In this document: positions 25,133 through 39,819 of the stretch, in pieces
How positions within the stretch are numbered: the stretch's first letter is position 1
Layout: each line of letters begins with the position of its first letter
Source of the DNA: Podarcis filfolensis
Lineage: Eukaryota
DNA length: 64,000 nucleotides
Direction: 5' to 3' (one strand)
Assembly (NCBI GenBank): GCA_964270895.1
Contig: OZ185444.1
Translations under genes and position numbers: made by a program
The notes under the pieces: model-generated
What the model was told of the DNA's origin: nothing
The model's database searches: none
The model's input: only the letters and a program-made list of their open reading frames with translations

Positions 25133-28100
25133 ACTGTGCACACTTCCTATTGTGAACCTAATCAGAGATTAATCCCAATTTCATCCTGACATTTCCCTTT
25201 CACATGTGGTTGTATATTTATGTTATTAGGGGATGTCTTGTACAATTGTTCTTTGAAATTATTCAAAAATAAATAAAAGTACAAACAAAAATTTGCCACC
25301 AAGTTACATCCCAACTTCATCTAGTTCTACCTGCAAGATCTTGTACTGCAGTTGTTGCTTAATTCCACTTGGACTGCATAATGTTCAGATATCAAGGTCT
25401 GGTTATTCTACACCCATCAATGATATTTACTGTAGCTCATGTATACCAATGATATGCCAAGTAACTACTAATCCATAATTCTTAACTGCTGTTCAAGAAA
25501 ACGTGACTCACCTTTTCACACACATAATAAAATTAAATTACAGCTCAAATGCAAGAGTTCTAGAGTATATTCAACAACACCAGAAGATTGTAGAATCATT
25601 GTACTGTGCTCAATTAGAGCCAGAACAGGCCAATTTATATGAATGGATAGAAACACACCTCTTTTAAAAAACAAAACACTGAACACCTGAACAGAAGTAA
25701 AACAAAAATAAATCCAGAGTATTCCAAACTACTGTCAGTTATATCTAACTAAGTCACTTCAACGTAAATGAACACAGTTCATTCTCTCTCTCTCAGGTAC
25801 AGCTGTTTGGGCTTGATAAAATTAGCATATGTTAACAATTTTCAGTGCTTCCTCCCCCCCCCCAATTAAATTTAAGCAAAGTGCATAACACTAAATTGTC
25901 TTAAAATAGTTGCAAATAATAATAAAAAAATTAGTAAAGCTTTGAATATGATTTACTAACATTTATACCACATCTATAGTACACAGTGCTATATGGTATA
26001 GAGTTTTGAGACAGCTATATATAGTATAGACTAAGTCCAACAATTATCATAATCAGATTTGTAAAGCTGATTTAAACTGGGCATTGGGGAAAATTAGATC
26101 CATTTTAGAAAATGGAAATTCACACCACTGCTTTCCACCTACTGTATTTAGAATTCAGGATAAGGGCTTTTATAAAAGCACAAATATCAAACCTTAGTAC
26201 AACAAAGTGTTAGTTGACAAGAATGTTTCCTGCAGATAAAGCACCTATATATTACAGCCCCATGAAAGTAGAAGAAAATGCTCATCCTGATATGCACAAC
26301 AGCCATGCCATTTTGCTTTGCCATACAAAAGAAGCCAAGTATTTCATTTGAAGATGAAGCTCAGCTATACGTAGGCTACAAAATACTTTTCATTTTTAGA
26401 CCCCTCAAAAACCTCCTGTTCCCAGCTTACTTTTCTAGACTCGGTTGTGGGGTATCGACAACAGCTGGTTGGAGAGCAACACAGATCAAGCATGCTTGTT
26501 GTCAGCTTGTACCAACTCCACCTCAAAAAGTGAAACTTGGGCTCTCTGCCAACAGCCAAACCAGTTGAATACACTCTTGAGTCTCAGCCTCCATTTCAGA
26601 TTTCCCTCTAATAGGCTCTTCAGCTAGCTTAAGAACATACATTCCAAATGGGGGTGTCCAAGCCAAAAAGAGTGTCCTTTCTGCTAAAACTGACAGAAGC
26701 AGAGCAAAACCATATCTACAATTCACGTTAAACAATCTTCTTTGCTTCTCCAATTACCACTCAAGTAAATTTCAGGATTTGAAGACAGTATACTCCAATT
26801 GCTCATTAAACTGAATCTTCACATGTTAAGTATTATTATATTATTAAAGTTGTCAGACTATTAAAGAAATCTTAGTAGAGTTTATCAATATTGTGAGGTA
26901 TAGCCAACAGACTAAGCCTGCAATGATATGTACATTTATCAGTAGTCCTACTTTGTTCAATGGATTTGCTTGAGTAAGAACGCACAATACTAAAAAATGC
27001 ATTTTGAGTAAAAGTGTATTAAAATTTAGCTCTGTAAACGTCTGCATAGAATGAAACTGTTTAAGGGAAAGACATTCAGTGTTCAGATTATTCGTGCCTA
27101 TGTTACAGGCGGCACCATCCTAGAAGAACATTTGCCTTTCTGAAGAAAAAAGCTACGCCCCCAAATTATGCCTGACACCTGCAGTTTTTCTTAAGAACTT
27201 TTGGTAATAAAGAAATAGTATTCTAAAAATCTGTTTACATTAGCCAACTAATCTTTAGGAACTGAAATTCTCATTATAGAATTATGAAGCTTCTTCAGCT
27301 GATGAAAGGTTGCAGCACTGCATTTTGTGGGCTTAAAGTCACAAAGCTAGATCTGGTAGCAGGGTCACTGTCTTTCTAACTGCTATTTGGCTATCTGAAA
27401 ATGCCTGCAGTTAAGTTTCTCCTGCAAGTTTCAAAGATCTCAGAAGCCCACTCTGCAGTAACTCGGAGCAGTGTGTGGCTGTCCCCACTCTGTGGAATAG
27501 AATTCCTGTCAAGATACAACAGGCATCCTCTCTACCTGTACTTTCCTGAAATAAGTGACATGTTTGTACCAACAGGTTTTACCAGCAGCATTAACTGGTC
27601 TATATCATAACTGTCTACTTTGCTTGAATCTGCTATTTTTGTGTTATAACTTGTTTTAATTATACATCACCTTGAGATGGTTTTTAAGAAGGTGATCAAT
27701 AAATTAATGAGGATTATATTTGCACCTTTAAGTTTAGCCAGTTTAAATCTAGTTATTTGACCAGCCCTTCTATGAAATATGGCACTAAGGTCTGCAGAAG
27801 GTAGTGGAATCAGTGAAAGGTATGTTCCCTATCTTGAGAGCAGAAACACTTTTCAATACAGCAAGGCTACTATTGGATACAACCATATGAAATCAAATTC
27901 TAAACTGCCACCTATAACTGTGTTGACCAAATACATATTTGCATCCATTTGAAAGACAGTGTTGTTGCTTTGCAACTTTGTTGTTAATCTATATTGATTT
28001 TTTATTGGCTGTAAGCATTTTTAGGTAAACATACCAGTTTTGCTCTCAGATTCAAAACCTTTCCCAAACCAGGGTTAGGTTAAACAACTGCCACCAAGAA

Positions 28101-28689
28101 AGAGCCAGTGAGAATTTCTGCTGGCTCAGACCTTGAGGGCCTGATATAATCAGGTAATAAATAAAAATGTTTGCAACTTAGAATTCTAGGTGCTTTGGGA
28201 ACCAAAACATACAAGTCCCATACATTGAGAAAAGGAAACTGCATCACTCCAGAGCCACTATTCATGTGTTTCATGTCCATGCAAAGCATAAGAGTTCTCA
28301 ATAATATGCAGCAGTAATGTGGAGCAGAAAACTTTTCAGAGCTTTATTTTTCCATGAAAATTTTTCTGTTTTGTAAGTTCATTAGCAAAAATTAAAAGAT
28401 GCCAAATGCAAATATTAAGCAAGCTTGATAGTTTCAAATATTTTAGTTTTGTTTATTAAATACAAGAAAATATGGCAAACTAGATCACTCTCAGAAATTT
28501 TTCCAGGAAATCCATGTTGAAAGAGGTGTTACAGTTTTTATCTTGGAAGCCACAGAATACATGTTATTTTTAAGGGCAATACATAAATAGCAACCCTTCC
28601 CCAAAGTAGTAATATTAAATGGGAGTTATCATTATAGTGGAGATCAGAAGGTGGCACAATGTATCTTTACTTCAGTAGCTCTTAGAGAT

Positions 28690-28990
28690 AGAACACAACC
28701 TGTTCCCAGCCTGAGTCATATAACAGGAGGTGAACTGACCAGTAAACCCTGAGAAAAAATCCATACCCACTACTTTGTGGGACATGTCCAGGTGAAGAAA
28801 AGGCTAAGGAGTAAACCCTACACAATCCAAAATGGAGTCCCTAAGACGGTTGGATGGTGCCCTGTATACCTCCTTCCAGCAACTCCTGCAACCAAACTTT
28901 CCTTTCCTTTGGACCACATCGGTGAAGCCGAGAAGGTTGTTGGATGCCACTTCCTTTGAGCTGCAGCTCCCAAGCATGCATGCTCCCCTG
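28690..28990 (+). mobile_element. Probable RTE-clade retroelement 5' region relic
   Basis: gaagaaaaggctaaggagtaaaccctacacaatccaaaatggagtccctaagacggttggatgg resembles RTE 5' leader sequence (recalled). Confidence 0.4.
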
Positions 28991-31900
28991 ACCAGGTGAG
29001 GAGGTGGGGTATTGCTAGGGAGAGGGCATGGCCAGCAAATTGTAGGGCCTTGTCACTGTCATATTTGTTCTTTACTCCACATGTTAACCCTGTTTCTGAG
29101 ATAGTGCTTCCACAACTTCTATCAAGATGCCACCAAAATCAGCAATGACTGCAAGACTTCCCTTTTCCAAGCATCACTGTCCACCTCATTCACATATACC
29201 TTGCTAAAATCATTTCCCATGTAAACCAAAACATTCACTAGTAGACAAAATTGAAGTGATTCTACTTCCCCAACTTCCAAATGTGAACATGTACCTACAG
29301 TAGTCACTGGCAGTGAAGCATTCTGCAGTGGGTATGTCCAACTCATTCACTTTATTTTTAAAAAGCTGCCATCTCAAGCACAGAAATAGTGATGGAAGTA
29401 CAGTAATGTAGCAGTCCTGTCACAAAAACATTCCTCAATAGCAACAAGCTCTCTCATGTCAAGCAAAAAATGTTTTTGCTTCAAGAATTCAACTACAAAA
29501 AATGTTGATTAATTCCCTGCATCTGGGGCCAGGATTCCTCTACTCTTCAATTTAGATTCCAGTAAGTTCTCAGACTGAATCAAACACTTGCATTCTCTTT
29601 CAGGGTTAGGACACTGTTCAACTGACCAGCCAAATATACAAGAAATCAAACATGTTGATAAAACATGGATCATTAAGTATTTTTGTAGGGGGGTGTTACA
29701 TTTACAATGGCAAATTTATTTTATATCATAAGATGGTGTTGTTTCAAGTTATGCTAAGCAGTGATGCTACATATTTTTCTGAAATTCCAGATTTCATCTC
29801 ACTATAAAATCTGGCACTACTTTTGATAATTTGAAATTCATATTTTGTCACTTGAATATGTGTGTAGCCAACTGCATCTACAATAGTAGTTACATTTCAT
29901 TGCTAAAGCCCAGCCTCTCATGCCTTCCCACTGCCTGAGTTAAACAAAAACAAAGAACACCATACTGTACTATTTTTTTGGTCACACACTTCCATTTCCT
30001 CGCTACTGACAGTGTGAAGTCCATTCTCCCCATAAAAAAACAAGCTTTCTAAAAATAAAATGTTATTCTTATCTTGTCACTGCACCTATATACATCCAAA
30101 CTTTAAAATCTTTGTTCTACTTTGTTACTTTAGTTATTGCCTTGTCTGCTTACAAGACTTGTGTCTGAACTATCAACTGAGATTCTGCAGACCTTAGGAA
30201 CCAAAGATCAGAATTTGCTATATTCCCTTTACAAGCTTCACTCTTTGACAAGCTAAACAGCTCACAAAGATGGAACTGTAAGGCAAGCAGGTTGACTGAT
30301 CAAGCAAGCTCATCAGCCAAGCAACTTGCAAACCCAGTCTGCATCTAAGTAGTAAACCTGCCAGTGAGGGCCACACTACGGAGACTGAACACATTGTTAT
30401 GTTTAGTCATTAGAGCAAATGAGTTTTCAAAAGACAGGTGAAAGGGTATTATATGCAAAGACTGCATAGATCTATTCTACTAAAGAAATCCTCACCAACG
30501 TGTGCCCTTCATATGTTTCTGACTACATCTATCACCAGGCATGAGGACCCTCTGGTTTGTGGGCCTACTTAGACCTAGCACTGTTCCCAATTTGGCTTGT
30601 GAGGCTGCTTTCCCAAAACCACACCCACCTACCCCACAACTGATGTCATGTGATATCAGGTATGGAGCAGATTGTGCAATGGCAGTCATGATCTACTGGG
30701 AGCCTTAAAGTACACTCCCAATTGTTCATTGGCAAGGGAGACTTGCTATCACTGCTGATCAGCTGGTTTTGGCAGTGACAGCAGCCCTGCTGGGATCAGC
30801 TGAACCATGGAGTTCCCCATACAGTACTCCATAATGCACTAAATCCCTGCTCAAAGTAGAGCATGAAGTTGGCCTGTATCAGCAGCTTGATGGTAACTTC
30901 CAAGTCAGGTCTGAATGAACTAGAATTTCCTTTGTAGCACTACCAAGTAAAAAATGTGTCAACTGCCATCACAGTGACATAGAGTAATTTCCAGGTGGGC
31001 AGAGGCTCACCTACCTGTCAAAATGGCCCACCATCGGCAGGAGAAACCAGGGTACAGCCCACAGCTAGATATAGTTCCTCACCCATTTTACATAAAGCAC
31101 CCAAGTCCTCTATTTGCTGCTCTGTACAATCATGTGTTAACTCTCACTGGCTACCACTCAATGAGAGCAACCTGGCAGTTTGCTACATGTTTCCCACAGG
31201 ACAGGCACCTGCTTGGCAAGTACCTATTGAGGACTCATTTTAGATGCTTAATCTAAACACTGTACTAAAATAAGTAAGAGAAAAGCTGTTTCCTATCCTT
31301 TCCCCTGAAGTAGTAAACAACTACATGCAGAGGTTACACCAAAGCTACATGATTAATAATGAAATGTACAGCATTTTTCTGCTCCACCACTTACAAAGCA
31401 CTAGGTTATTCATTCTAATTAGTGAAGATACTGTTCTTGGTGCCTTATTACACTCACAGTACTGTTTTTTTTCCAAGTACTGAGATATGAGAAGTCCTGC
31501 TGGAGCAAACCTACAGGTCTACCATCTAATTTGTAAAAGTGACTACAAAATATCTACAACCACCATGCAAACTCTCCTTCATTGTTTGGCACCAGCATCT
31601 GTACTCAGAAATGCTGCACCTGGAGGTTGAAGTTATCAATCATGGGTAACAGTTGTGATAAACCTACCCAGTACTTAACAAATCAAGGAAAATATTGCAT
31701 GCACATATATTCCCACCCCACCCACAATTATAGCAATGTTTCACTGAAGAATAGCAATATTAGCCTTCCCAGTAGTTTTGATACTAGGGAAAAAATTCAT
31801 CTTCAGTATCAACACCACCTGTAGGATTATTCTGCAATTGAAGAACTAATACACCAATCATAGGTACTATTGAAAGCTATAAACTCAACACATCATTTTG

Positions 31901-32120
31901 AATGGCAATACTGTAACTGGACACAAAGACTATGAGGTTTTTTTAGAAATACAACTTTTCATATAATGCTACATGCCTCCTTATCATGTATTAATATGCT
32001 TAAATATTCCCAGGTATCATTCATAATTGCAGTGAACAAGCCTGTTTTCTAGAAATCCTCAGGTATTTTGAAATATTATACTTCAAAAACTTTGTGATCA
32101 CAAGAAAAACGTTGTCTTAC

Positions 32121-32779
32121 CTTGCCCATTGCTCCAGGCTGTGGACCCCTCAAGCCTGTCTGTCCTCCCATCTGCGGAGAACCTTGCTGCAATGTCTCAG
32201 CCAACAAGTTACCAGCATTACCCATTCCTGGGTTCGAGTATGACATGTTGGAACGTCCTCTTCCTGCTCCAATCGAACCATTCAAAACTTGCCCCTGCAT
32301 CATGCCTTGTCCATTTCCTGAAGCCAACATACCAGGATTCATGCCAGCATTTATTCCTGCATTCATTCCCATTCCAGGCTGATTTACCGGATTGTTCACT
32401 GCTGGCATCATTCCTGCAGTGGGTTGAGTAGACGGACCTTGATTTGGTCCACTTGCACCCATCCCCAAATTTGGAGATGTCAATGCTGCCTGTGCCATAG
32501 GGCTTTTGACCATACTGTTTAAGATTCCCATTCCTGGATTGTTCTGCTGGGGCTGGCTGGCCATGCCCTGACCTGGCCCACCAACTCCCATATTAAGGTT
32601 TGGTGAGCTACCAGCACGTAACAGTTCAGACAACTGTTTGTGTTTTGAAGCAGCATCTTGTGCCATACCAAGACTAGTCTGCAGCTGATTAATGTCACCA
32701 CCATTGGTAAGTCCCAATTCTGTGGAGCTGATCAGTTCATCTGGTAAGTCATGTTCCAGATCAAACAGGGATCCAAAAT
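32121..32779 (-). CDS. EP300: EP300 exon 2 (659 nt), (D)FGSLFDLEHDLPDELI...KHKQLSELLR...GRGR...QPGAMGK
   Basis: Acceptor tttccctag|ATTTTG, donor GGCAAG|gtaaga, phase 1 to 0; contains the LSELL LxxLL motif. Confidence 0.98.
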
Positions 32780-34940
32780 CTAGGGAAAGGAAAAAACAAA
32801 AGAAATGGTTTAGAACACTGAGAATATATTTCATATAAAAGTTAGCTCTTTTCAATGCTGGCACAATATCACTTTTCTTATCTAATTAACTATGCAGCAA
32901 GCCTAGAAGCATAAACAGGTTTTTTTCAAAAAGTATTTCACATTTTTCCAACTATATAAAAGCCTCACACAATTGGCTACCCTTCTTCTCACTTCATTAA
33001 GACTAAAATGGGGAAAAGATTTTGGAGAACAGAGGAACAATTCTGGGAACACATTTGTAATAAACTGCCATTTGGATCAATCTCAATTAGAACTTGAGAA
33101 AATGCTTTAAAGATAGCACATCACTAGTAGATGTGTCCAGCCAGATTATAGAGAATTAATCATAACACATCCGACCTTTGCAAGCAGGAATGCAATTTAT
33201 ATGTCTCTAGTACACACCTGTGGTTTTGCCCCAAAATTATTCCCTTTCGGGAAGAAGTTTTTCAAACAATCAAATGATGGGACAATAGCTACAAGCCCTA
33301 CAATAATTTTTCTCCTCGGATTAAGAACATAACCAATAAAAACCTGATTCTCCATTTATTAACTGCAGCTAGATTAGTGACTGCAAAAAATTTGGAAAAC
33401 TTTAAATGCCAATCTTTGTGCCTGGATTTCACAGGTATTGTGCTTCTGGTCAGATTAACCATTTCACAAAAGGAATATTGACTGGGGGGTCGGGGAGGAA
33501 AACTCACACCTTCTATATGACAAGTTATCCTTTTATTGACTTTGTTAAGACAATCGACTGATGGAACCTTATGAAGAAACACTTTCATTTGATCGCCATT
33601 CTTGGGACATCTAAAACTACAACCATCAGCCTCTATTTTTCTTTCTTTTCTGCATAACTACTAAGCTCTGCATTCCTTGTTTAGTTACTTGAAATCATTT
33701 TTAATTTTTGGAAATTCACATTTTTCCTCCACAACCCTACAGAATCTGTCAGGCTGAGCAATAGTAACTGACTGAAGGTGAACAATGCTTAGCAATGGCT
33801 TAAAGCAAGGGCTCTCCTGTGCAAATCAAATAAAATATCAACTATACCACATTCCTTCATATTTATATATTCAAGGCTTAATTTCTTTTACTCCTGCAAG
33901 ATTCTAACTCATGTTAAAAGCTTTCATTGTAAAAATAATGTCACATAGTGTTTGTAAACTATTGGTTGTGGTGAAAGAACTGGATCTGGCTGGAAGGCCA
34001 GATTCCTACCTCCCCTATTCTGCAACCCCTCAGCAGGCTTGCTTTGACAGATGGGCAGTGCTGACCATCTATCAATCATCTGACATCACATGGCTCCTTT
34101 TCCTTTTTGCCCATGCAGTTTGAAATCAAGCCACTGCAGGCAAGGCACAACATTTCTCAAGCACCAATGATCAGTTGATTGTTGGCACTTGTAAAGCACT
34201 GTGCCTTCTTGGCTAACCCCAGTGGGGCTCACTGTCAGTGCACATCACCTGATCAACACTGTCAGCATGTCCCACTTGCAAATAAACAATTGGAAGCCCA
34301 CTTTAAGCTTCCAATAGCTCATTTGGAGCCACGTCCTTGCCTACCCTATCCATGTACTTCAGGTGTCAGGCAGCTGGCTATGGCAGCCAGCCTTGCAGGT
34401 CAAATGCTAGGTCTAATAATGTACACAAGCTAGAGGTTTCACACCCATGCCATATGCCAAGAGTTCAAAGCACCCCAGATATGAATTTGGTAAATCTTAC
34501 AAATAGCCTTGCAAAGTAGGTCTGTAGTTACACCATACTGAAGATGGGGGCAAGAAAACAGTAGCTAATGAAGACACCTAGCACGCTCACAGCCAAAGTG
34601 AAATGAACCAGGAACTTACTGTGCAACACCAGTTTTCTTCATGTGCCACTATAAAGAATACTTCCTTCTTGGTTTTCGTTCAGCAACTGAATTGCCTAGA
34701 CTAAAGGTCTTAAACATGCTATCGTTCACAGAAGTATATTGAGTTTGCATCAGCTCAATCTACTTAAACCTAAAACAGCTTTCAGCACAGAAATACAGGC
34801 AGGAAACCTTGTATGGGGGGGATACATGTCAGCAGAGCACATATAAGCACACACTGCTTCTGTTCTGCCTTCTTCTGGGTACCAAAGGACCCACGTGTTG
34901 GTGATCACATATCATTTGGACATGCCTAAAATGGTCACCA

Positions 34941-35303
34941 GGACGCGGGTGGCGCTGTGGGTTAAACCACTGTGCCACTTGGGCTTACCAATCGAAAGGT
35001 TGGCGGTTTAAATTCCCGTGATGGGGTGAGCACCCGTTGTGCAGTCCCAGCTCCTGCCAGCCTAGCAATTCGAAAGCACGCAGTACAAGTAGATAAATAG
35101 GTACCACTCCGGCGGGAAGGTAAACGGCATTTCCGTGCGCTACTCTGGTTTCGCCAGAAGCGGCTTAGTCATGCTGGCCACATGACCGGGAAAAACTGTC
35201 TGCGGACAAACGCCGGCTCCCTTGGCCTGTAAAGCGAGATGAGCGCCACAACCCCAGAATCGTTCGTGACTGGAGTTAATTGTCAGGAGTCCCTTTACCT
35301 TTA
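34941..35303 (+). mobile_element. Full-length Sauria SINE
   Basis: tRNA-like head ggacgcgggtggcgctgtgggttaaacc, body gtagataaataggtacc, ACCTTT-type tail; 16-bp TSD cctaaaatggtcacca (34925-34940, 35304-35319). Confidence 0.92.
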
Positions 35304-35336
35304 CCTAAAATGGTCACCACCTGTAAGTACACATGT

Positions 35337-35461
35337 ATCTTTCGATTAAAAAAAAATAAAATCCAAGTATTTTTTCATGATGGAGGGTGAGTGGGTGTGC
35401 CCACACACATACATACCTTCCATCATGAAAAAATACTTGGATTTTTTTTTAATCGAAAGAT
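35337..35461. repeat. 125-bp palindrome (47-bp arms, 26-nt spacer)
   Basis: atctttcgatt-A9-t[aaaat]ccaagtattttttcatgatggagggt pairs with accttccatcatgaaaaaatacttgga-T9-aatcgaaagat; 1 mismatch and one 5-nt indel. Confidence 0.95.
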
Positions 35462-36789
35462 CAAAAGCCTTTTAAACATCAGTGGGGTTTTGGGGGGGGG
35501 TAGGTTTTAAATGCTACAAGCCTCAACTGCCAAATGTTAGGCTTTGTGCATCTATTTATGCAGAACCATTTTGGACACGCAACAAAGGAAATGAATGATA
35601 GTGCCTACAACTAAGCAATTACAGCATCTTTTTATTGACTATGGACTTTCAGTTTCAAAACCTGTTTCACCCAACTCAAGCTAGAAAGTAGCCCTAGACA
35701 CCCACTAAAAATACACCTGCAAGAACCTGCTCCACCTTTGGAGCACCTTCATACAAAATGAAATTCAAATGTTCAACATACTGTACTCTTCAGCAATTTG
35801 ATATTTCAATAAAGTATGTACTATAAAAGATATTCCATATTTCTGTGAGAGAATGACCTGGTTCACACATATTAGTTCATGGTTTAGTATTATGTGTGAA
35901 CTTGACCCAGTTCCTCAAATAAAATAAGCCATGGTTGGCCACCTGACATTAACTATGTTTTAGAGCAAGGATGAGGAATCTCTGGCCCATGAGCCGATTA
36001 GGCCCAGTGTGTCCAGATTCTACGCCATTTCCTCCTAACCATATCTATCTGCCCCACAACTGAAATCATATGCTATGTCCAGTATGAGGAAAGTATGTGG
36101 CTCCAATTGTTCCTTTGCAAATGGGGCTCACTGACAGCCCCAAGAGATCTGCAGAACTACTTGGATTCAAACCACACCTGATGTCTCCAGAGGAGAAATG
36201 TCCATGTGTAGATGCAGTATGAATGCAAACTTTGCCAGCAAATGGGACTTCAAAAGGGTTTGCTTTAACTGGTCCCACTTACCTGTCAAAGCTGGCACGT
36301 GAGAAATGGGAGAATTGAGGAGCCAACCTGCCAGCCACATCCAGTTCTGCATCTCTAGTTTAGAGATGTGAACCAGGACAATTTTTTGACTATGGTTTAA
36401 GTGTGGTTGTTTGTTCCACATAAAGGTAGAGACAGTAGTAAGAGTATAAATGATTTCACTGCTAGATCTCCCTGGTAACATGGTCCTTTGCCCCCAAACA
36501 ATTCTTCCACCTCCAGATTTCTTAAAGCAACTTGCGTTATGGCAACTATTAATAAAATTGCATTCCTTAACAGAAATTTGTCTGCTCTGACCCACCATGA
36601 CTTCACAGAAGAGTTGTGGAGTGGAGATAAAAATTTAAAGTGTTTATTTCTCATTACGACCAGCTTTCCGCACTTCACTCATTGTCTACTGTTTACAAAG
36701 CTTAAAAGCCTGTTGCTAACATTCTAAAGTCATGCCTGCACGAGTGAGCGTGGGGCTTTTAAAATTATTTTAAAAGAAAACTACCATAG

Positions 36790-36912
36790 AAAACTACCCT
36801 TGGGTTGTTTTTGTTTTGATTATGCATTTTGTGGTGTTATATTCTGTTTTTATCCTGTGAACCGCCCTGAGACCTGTGGGTATAGGGCAGTATACAAATT
36901 TAATAAATAATA
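36790..36912 (+). mobile_element. L2-like 3' end fragment
   Basis: tgtgaaccgccctgagacctgtgggtatagggcagtatacaaatttaataaataata. Confidence 0.55.
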
Positions 36913-39819
36913 GATAAATTTATCTTAAGATTCTGTCCACAAGCAGCCATTTTATGGATACTCTTTCCCTCCCCCAGTTAATTTTCTTTCTTCTCTGCTT
37001 CTATGGTTTCCTATCTAAATTACTATACATGTCTACTCAGAAGTAAACTCCAGTAAGTTTAGTGGGGCTTACAGCTTGGATATATTCTAAGCATATCAGA
37101 AAGTCCCAATTTTAAACAGGAAAAGGGAAGGAGGGACACTTCAGGCTACATTGGAAATGATGAGATAGGTGAAGTAATGCCAGCAGCAACAACTCAATGA
37201 TTTCCCTTTGGACCAAAACCCACCAACGCACATACAAAGTCCTATTCTTCCTTCCAGAGGACAAGTGTCCAGTTCATGGAATCTTGCCTGTGAAAGAAAA
37301 CTAGTCCCTCTTCTCTAATTCCAGTCCAAGCGTATTTGCAAAAATGTTAAACTTTGTCTTTTCACTCAGATACATTTCATTCCTTGAGGAAGGAGGGCAG
37401 GATTTGTCCTAACCAAGGTAGGAGCAACGGAATTATGTGACAGAGCAACACTATGGGTGACTGGTGAGTAGGGGAATAAAGCAAAGCAGTGGAAGGAAAA
37501 GGTTAATCAACTACACTGCCAAGGATTTTAATGGAGTAAGATTTCCACTCCAGCCAACCAATGGAAGGAAGCATGGTATCACAGCTGGGCAATGCCAGTA
37601 GACAGGCATTGTCAGGATATCAGGTAGAGCACAAAGGAGGCAGGGGGGAAACAAGCCAATGTTTGCCTGATCATCTGTGGGGACACCTGTGATTATGGTA
37701 TTGTTTACTATGTTAATTTGGCTTAGCATTATCTGCAAACCAGGCCCAAGCTAGCTTAGCATTCTCATCTACATTCCCTGCTCCCATGTGCAAGTCTTTC
37801 TTGAGAGGGCAGTTCATAGACAGCAGGAACACCTGTGAGGAATGCAAACGGCTCGTATTTGCCACATAGTGGCCTGCTTTGACATGACCTGCTTGATGGA
37901 GTTTTCCATACGAAGTGCTAACCCCTATGAGCAGTATGCAAATGCCAGTGGCATTCAGATGTCGGGCCCTCCAAATGTTGCCAAACTACAGCTCTCATTA
38001 TCCTGGGTCATTGGCCATGCTTGCTTGGCCGATGGAAGTTGTAGTTCAACAACATCGGAAGGGTTCTAGTCCTTGGAGTCAGCATACACACATGCAGCAA
38101 CATCTCACTATGGAGCTCATGGATTATGCTATCCTTCAGCAAACAAGGAAGAAATAAAGAAAAACACAAATGATATCTGCCACACCCAAAGAAACTGCAA
38201 GGCAAGCAACCCAACAATGCCATGCAACTTTTTAAAGGCAGCATTCTAAGGTATGTCTCACTCTAAAGTACAACTGATTTATTTTGGAAGTGAAGAAAGA
38301 GAAAGGCCAATACGAACTTCTATTATAAAACACAATGCAATGAGGGCTTTTTAAAACCTCTTACTACAATAGACAGAGGCTGCCCTTCTCATAGCATTCT
38401 GAGTGGAAAGTGTACATTTTCAGCATGTTTAGAACTATAGAAACAAAAACAAAAAAAAAATCCATAAAATGTGGATTAGAAAATAAGGAACGGTTATACC
38501 TTTTTCTAGAGATTTAACACTTTAATTAGTATTCAATGAACCAGGAGTCCTATGATATTCTTAACCTATCATTTACTTGCCAGGTGTTCTGAAACTGCAA
38601 TATGAATGTTTGGTTCACCTGATTTGGTTTCCCCCCCTCTTACAACTGATTTTAAAACTGTGGGAATTTTTAGGTTGAACTAACCTTTTAGGTTGAACTA
38701 ACTGATCATATCAAACATGCACTCTAATAGAATGGAGAATGTCAGGCCAGATGAGTACTGGACTACACTAAGGACAGCAGTTTACAAGGTTGCCATTATA
38801 TGCCAACAGTTATTTTGAAAACGATTAGTTCCCAGTGCTATGGTTTCCTCTTTTAGGGACATGTTAGTTCTAGGCAAGAACAGCGAGGGTTTGGGGTTTT
38901 TGTTGTTGTTGTTGTTTAATGGAGGTTCAAATAATCAGAACCTGCTGCGGTGTGTTGCTTCTTCACAAAAATATTAATGCAATTTTAAATCACAACGAAT
39001 GATGTTGTCAACATTCTTTACTTTAATGTACACTTGTGGTGAGGAACCACTGACCCAAGGCAAAGTTAAGCCTCCCAGGCTAGCAAGACCATTTCAGTCA
39101 AGCCACAGTTGCTGTATATGAACTCAAGTTTGGAACAGGTAAAGGTCAAGCTGTGGTGGAAGGGGGGTGAAGGCAGTGCCTATCAGCAGTGCCTGCAAAC
39201 CCCCATGCAGAACACTTTGCAAGCACCAGTGATCAAAGCCATCAGATGATTAGCTGATCACTGACACAAAGCACTGCACCCACATCCATTAGATTCAATT
39301 TCAAACTATAGCAAAAGCAAGTCACCTGACACTGATGTCAGGTGACTGAAGGATGGGTGATCCCACCCATCTAGCAAACTTGACCCACAGGGGCAGAGGA
39401 GATAAAGATTCATCTGGATCCAGTTCCCCATCCTTGATGTACATGAATAGCTTTCTTTGGCTCTTCACACACACTTGAAGAAAACACTCTCATATTGGTT
39501 AGGATGTTTCTTTCATTCATGAAATGGTGGAAAGCATGAGCTTCCCGATACTAAAAACCATCATACTGAAAATAAACTACAGCCCTATTTCCATCCGGCT
39601 TCAGTTCAGTATCAGCTAAAACTTAAACAACTAACTTTAAACACTAAATTTAGCTGTTATTTGTTGTTCTTGGCCTTTATTGGCATAACTATATATGATT
39701 TGTATTATTTTATTGTTTAAAGTCATCCAAATACACTGATAACCCAAACACATAAAATATATAAAAGACTAGATAGCCACCACTGAATAAATCAGGCTGT
39801 TTTAATGCCAATTTAAAAA

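Noticed and set aside
32122-32431. Plus-strand ORFs antisense to exon 2 (also 11173-11361 and 13187-13378)
   Set aside because: Shadows of the EP300 coding strand with no independent signals.
38668-38702. 18-bp tandem duplication ttttaggttgaactaac
   Set aside because: Real but an ordinary slippage event with no further structure.
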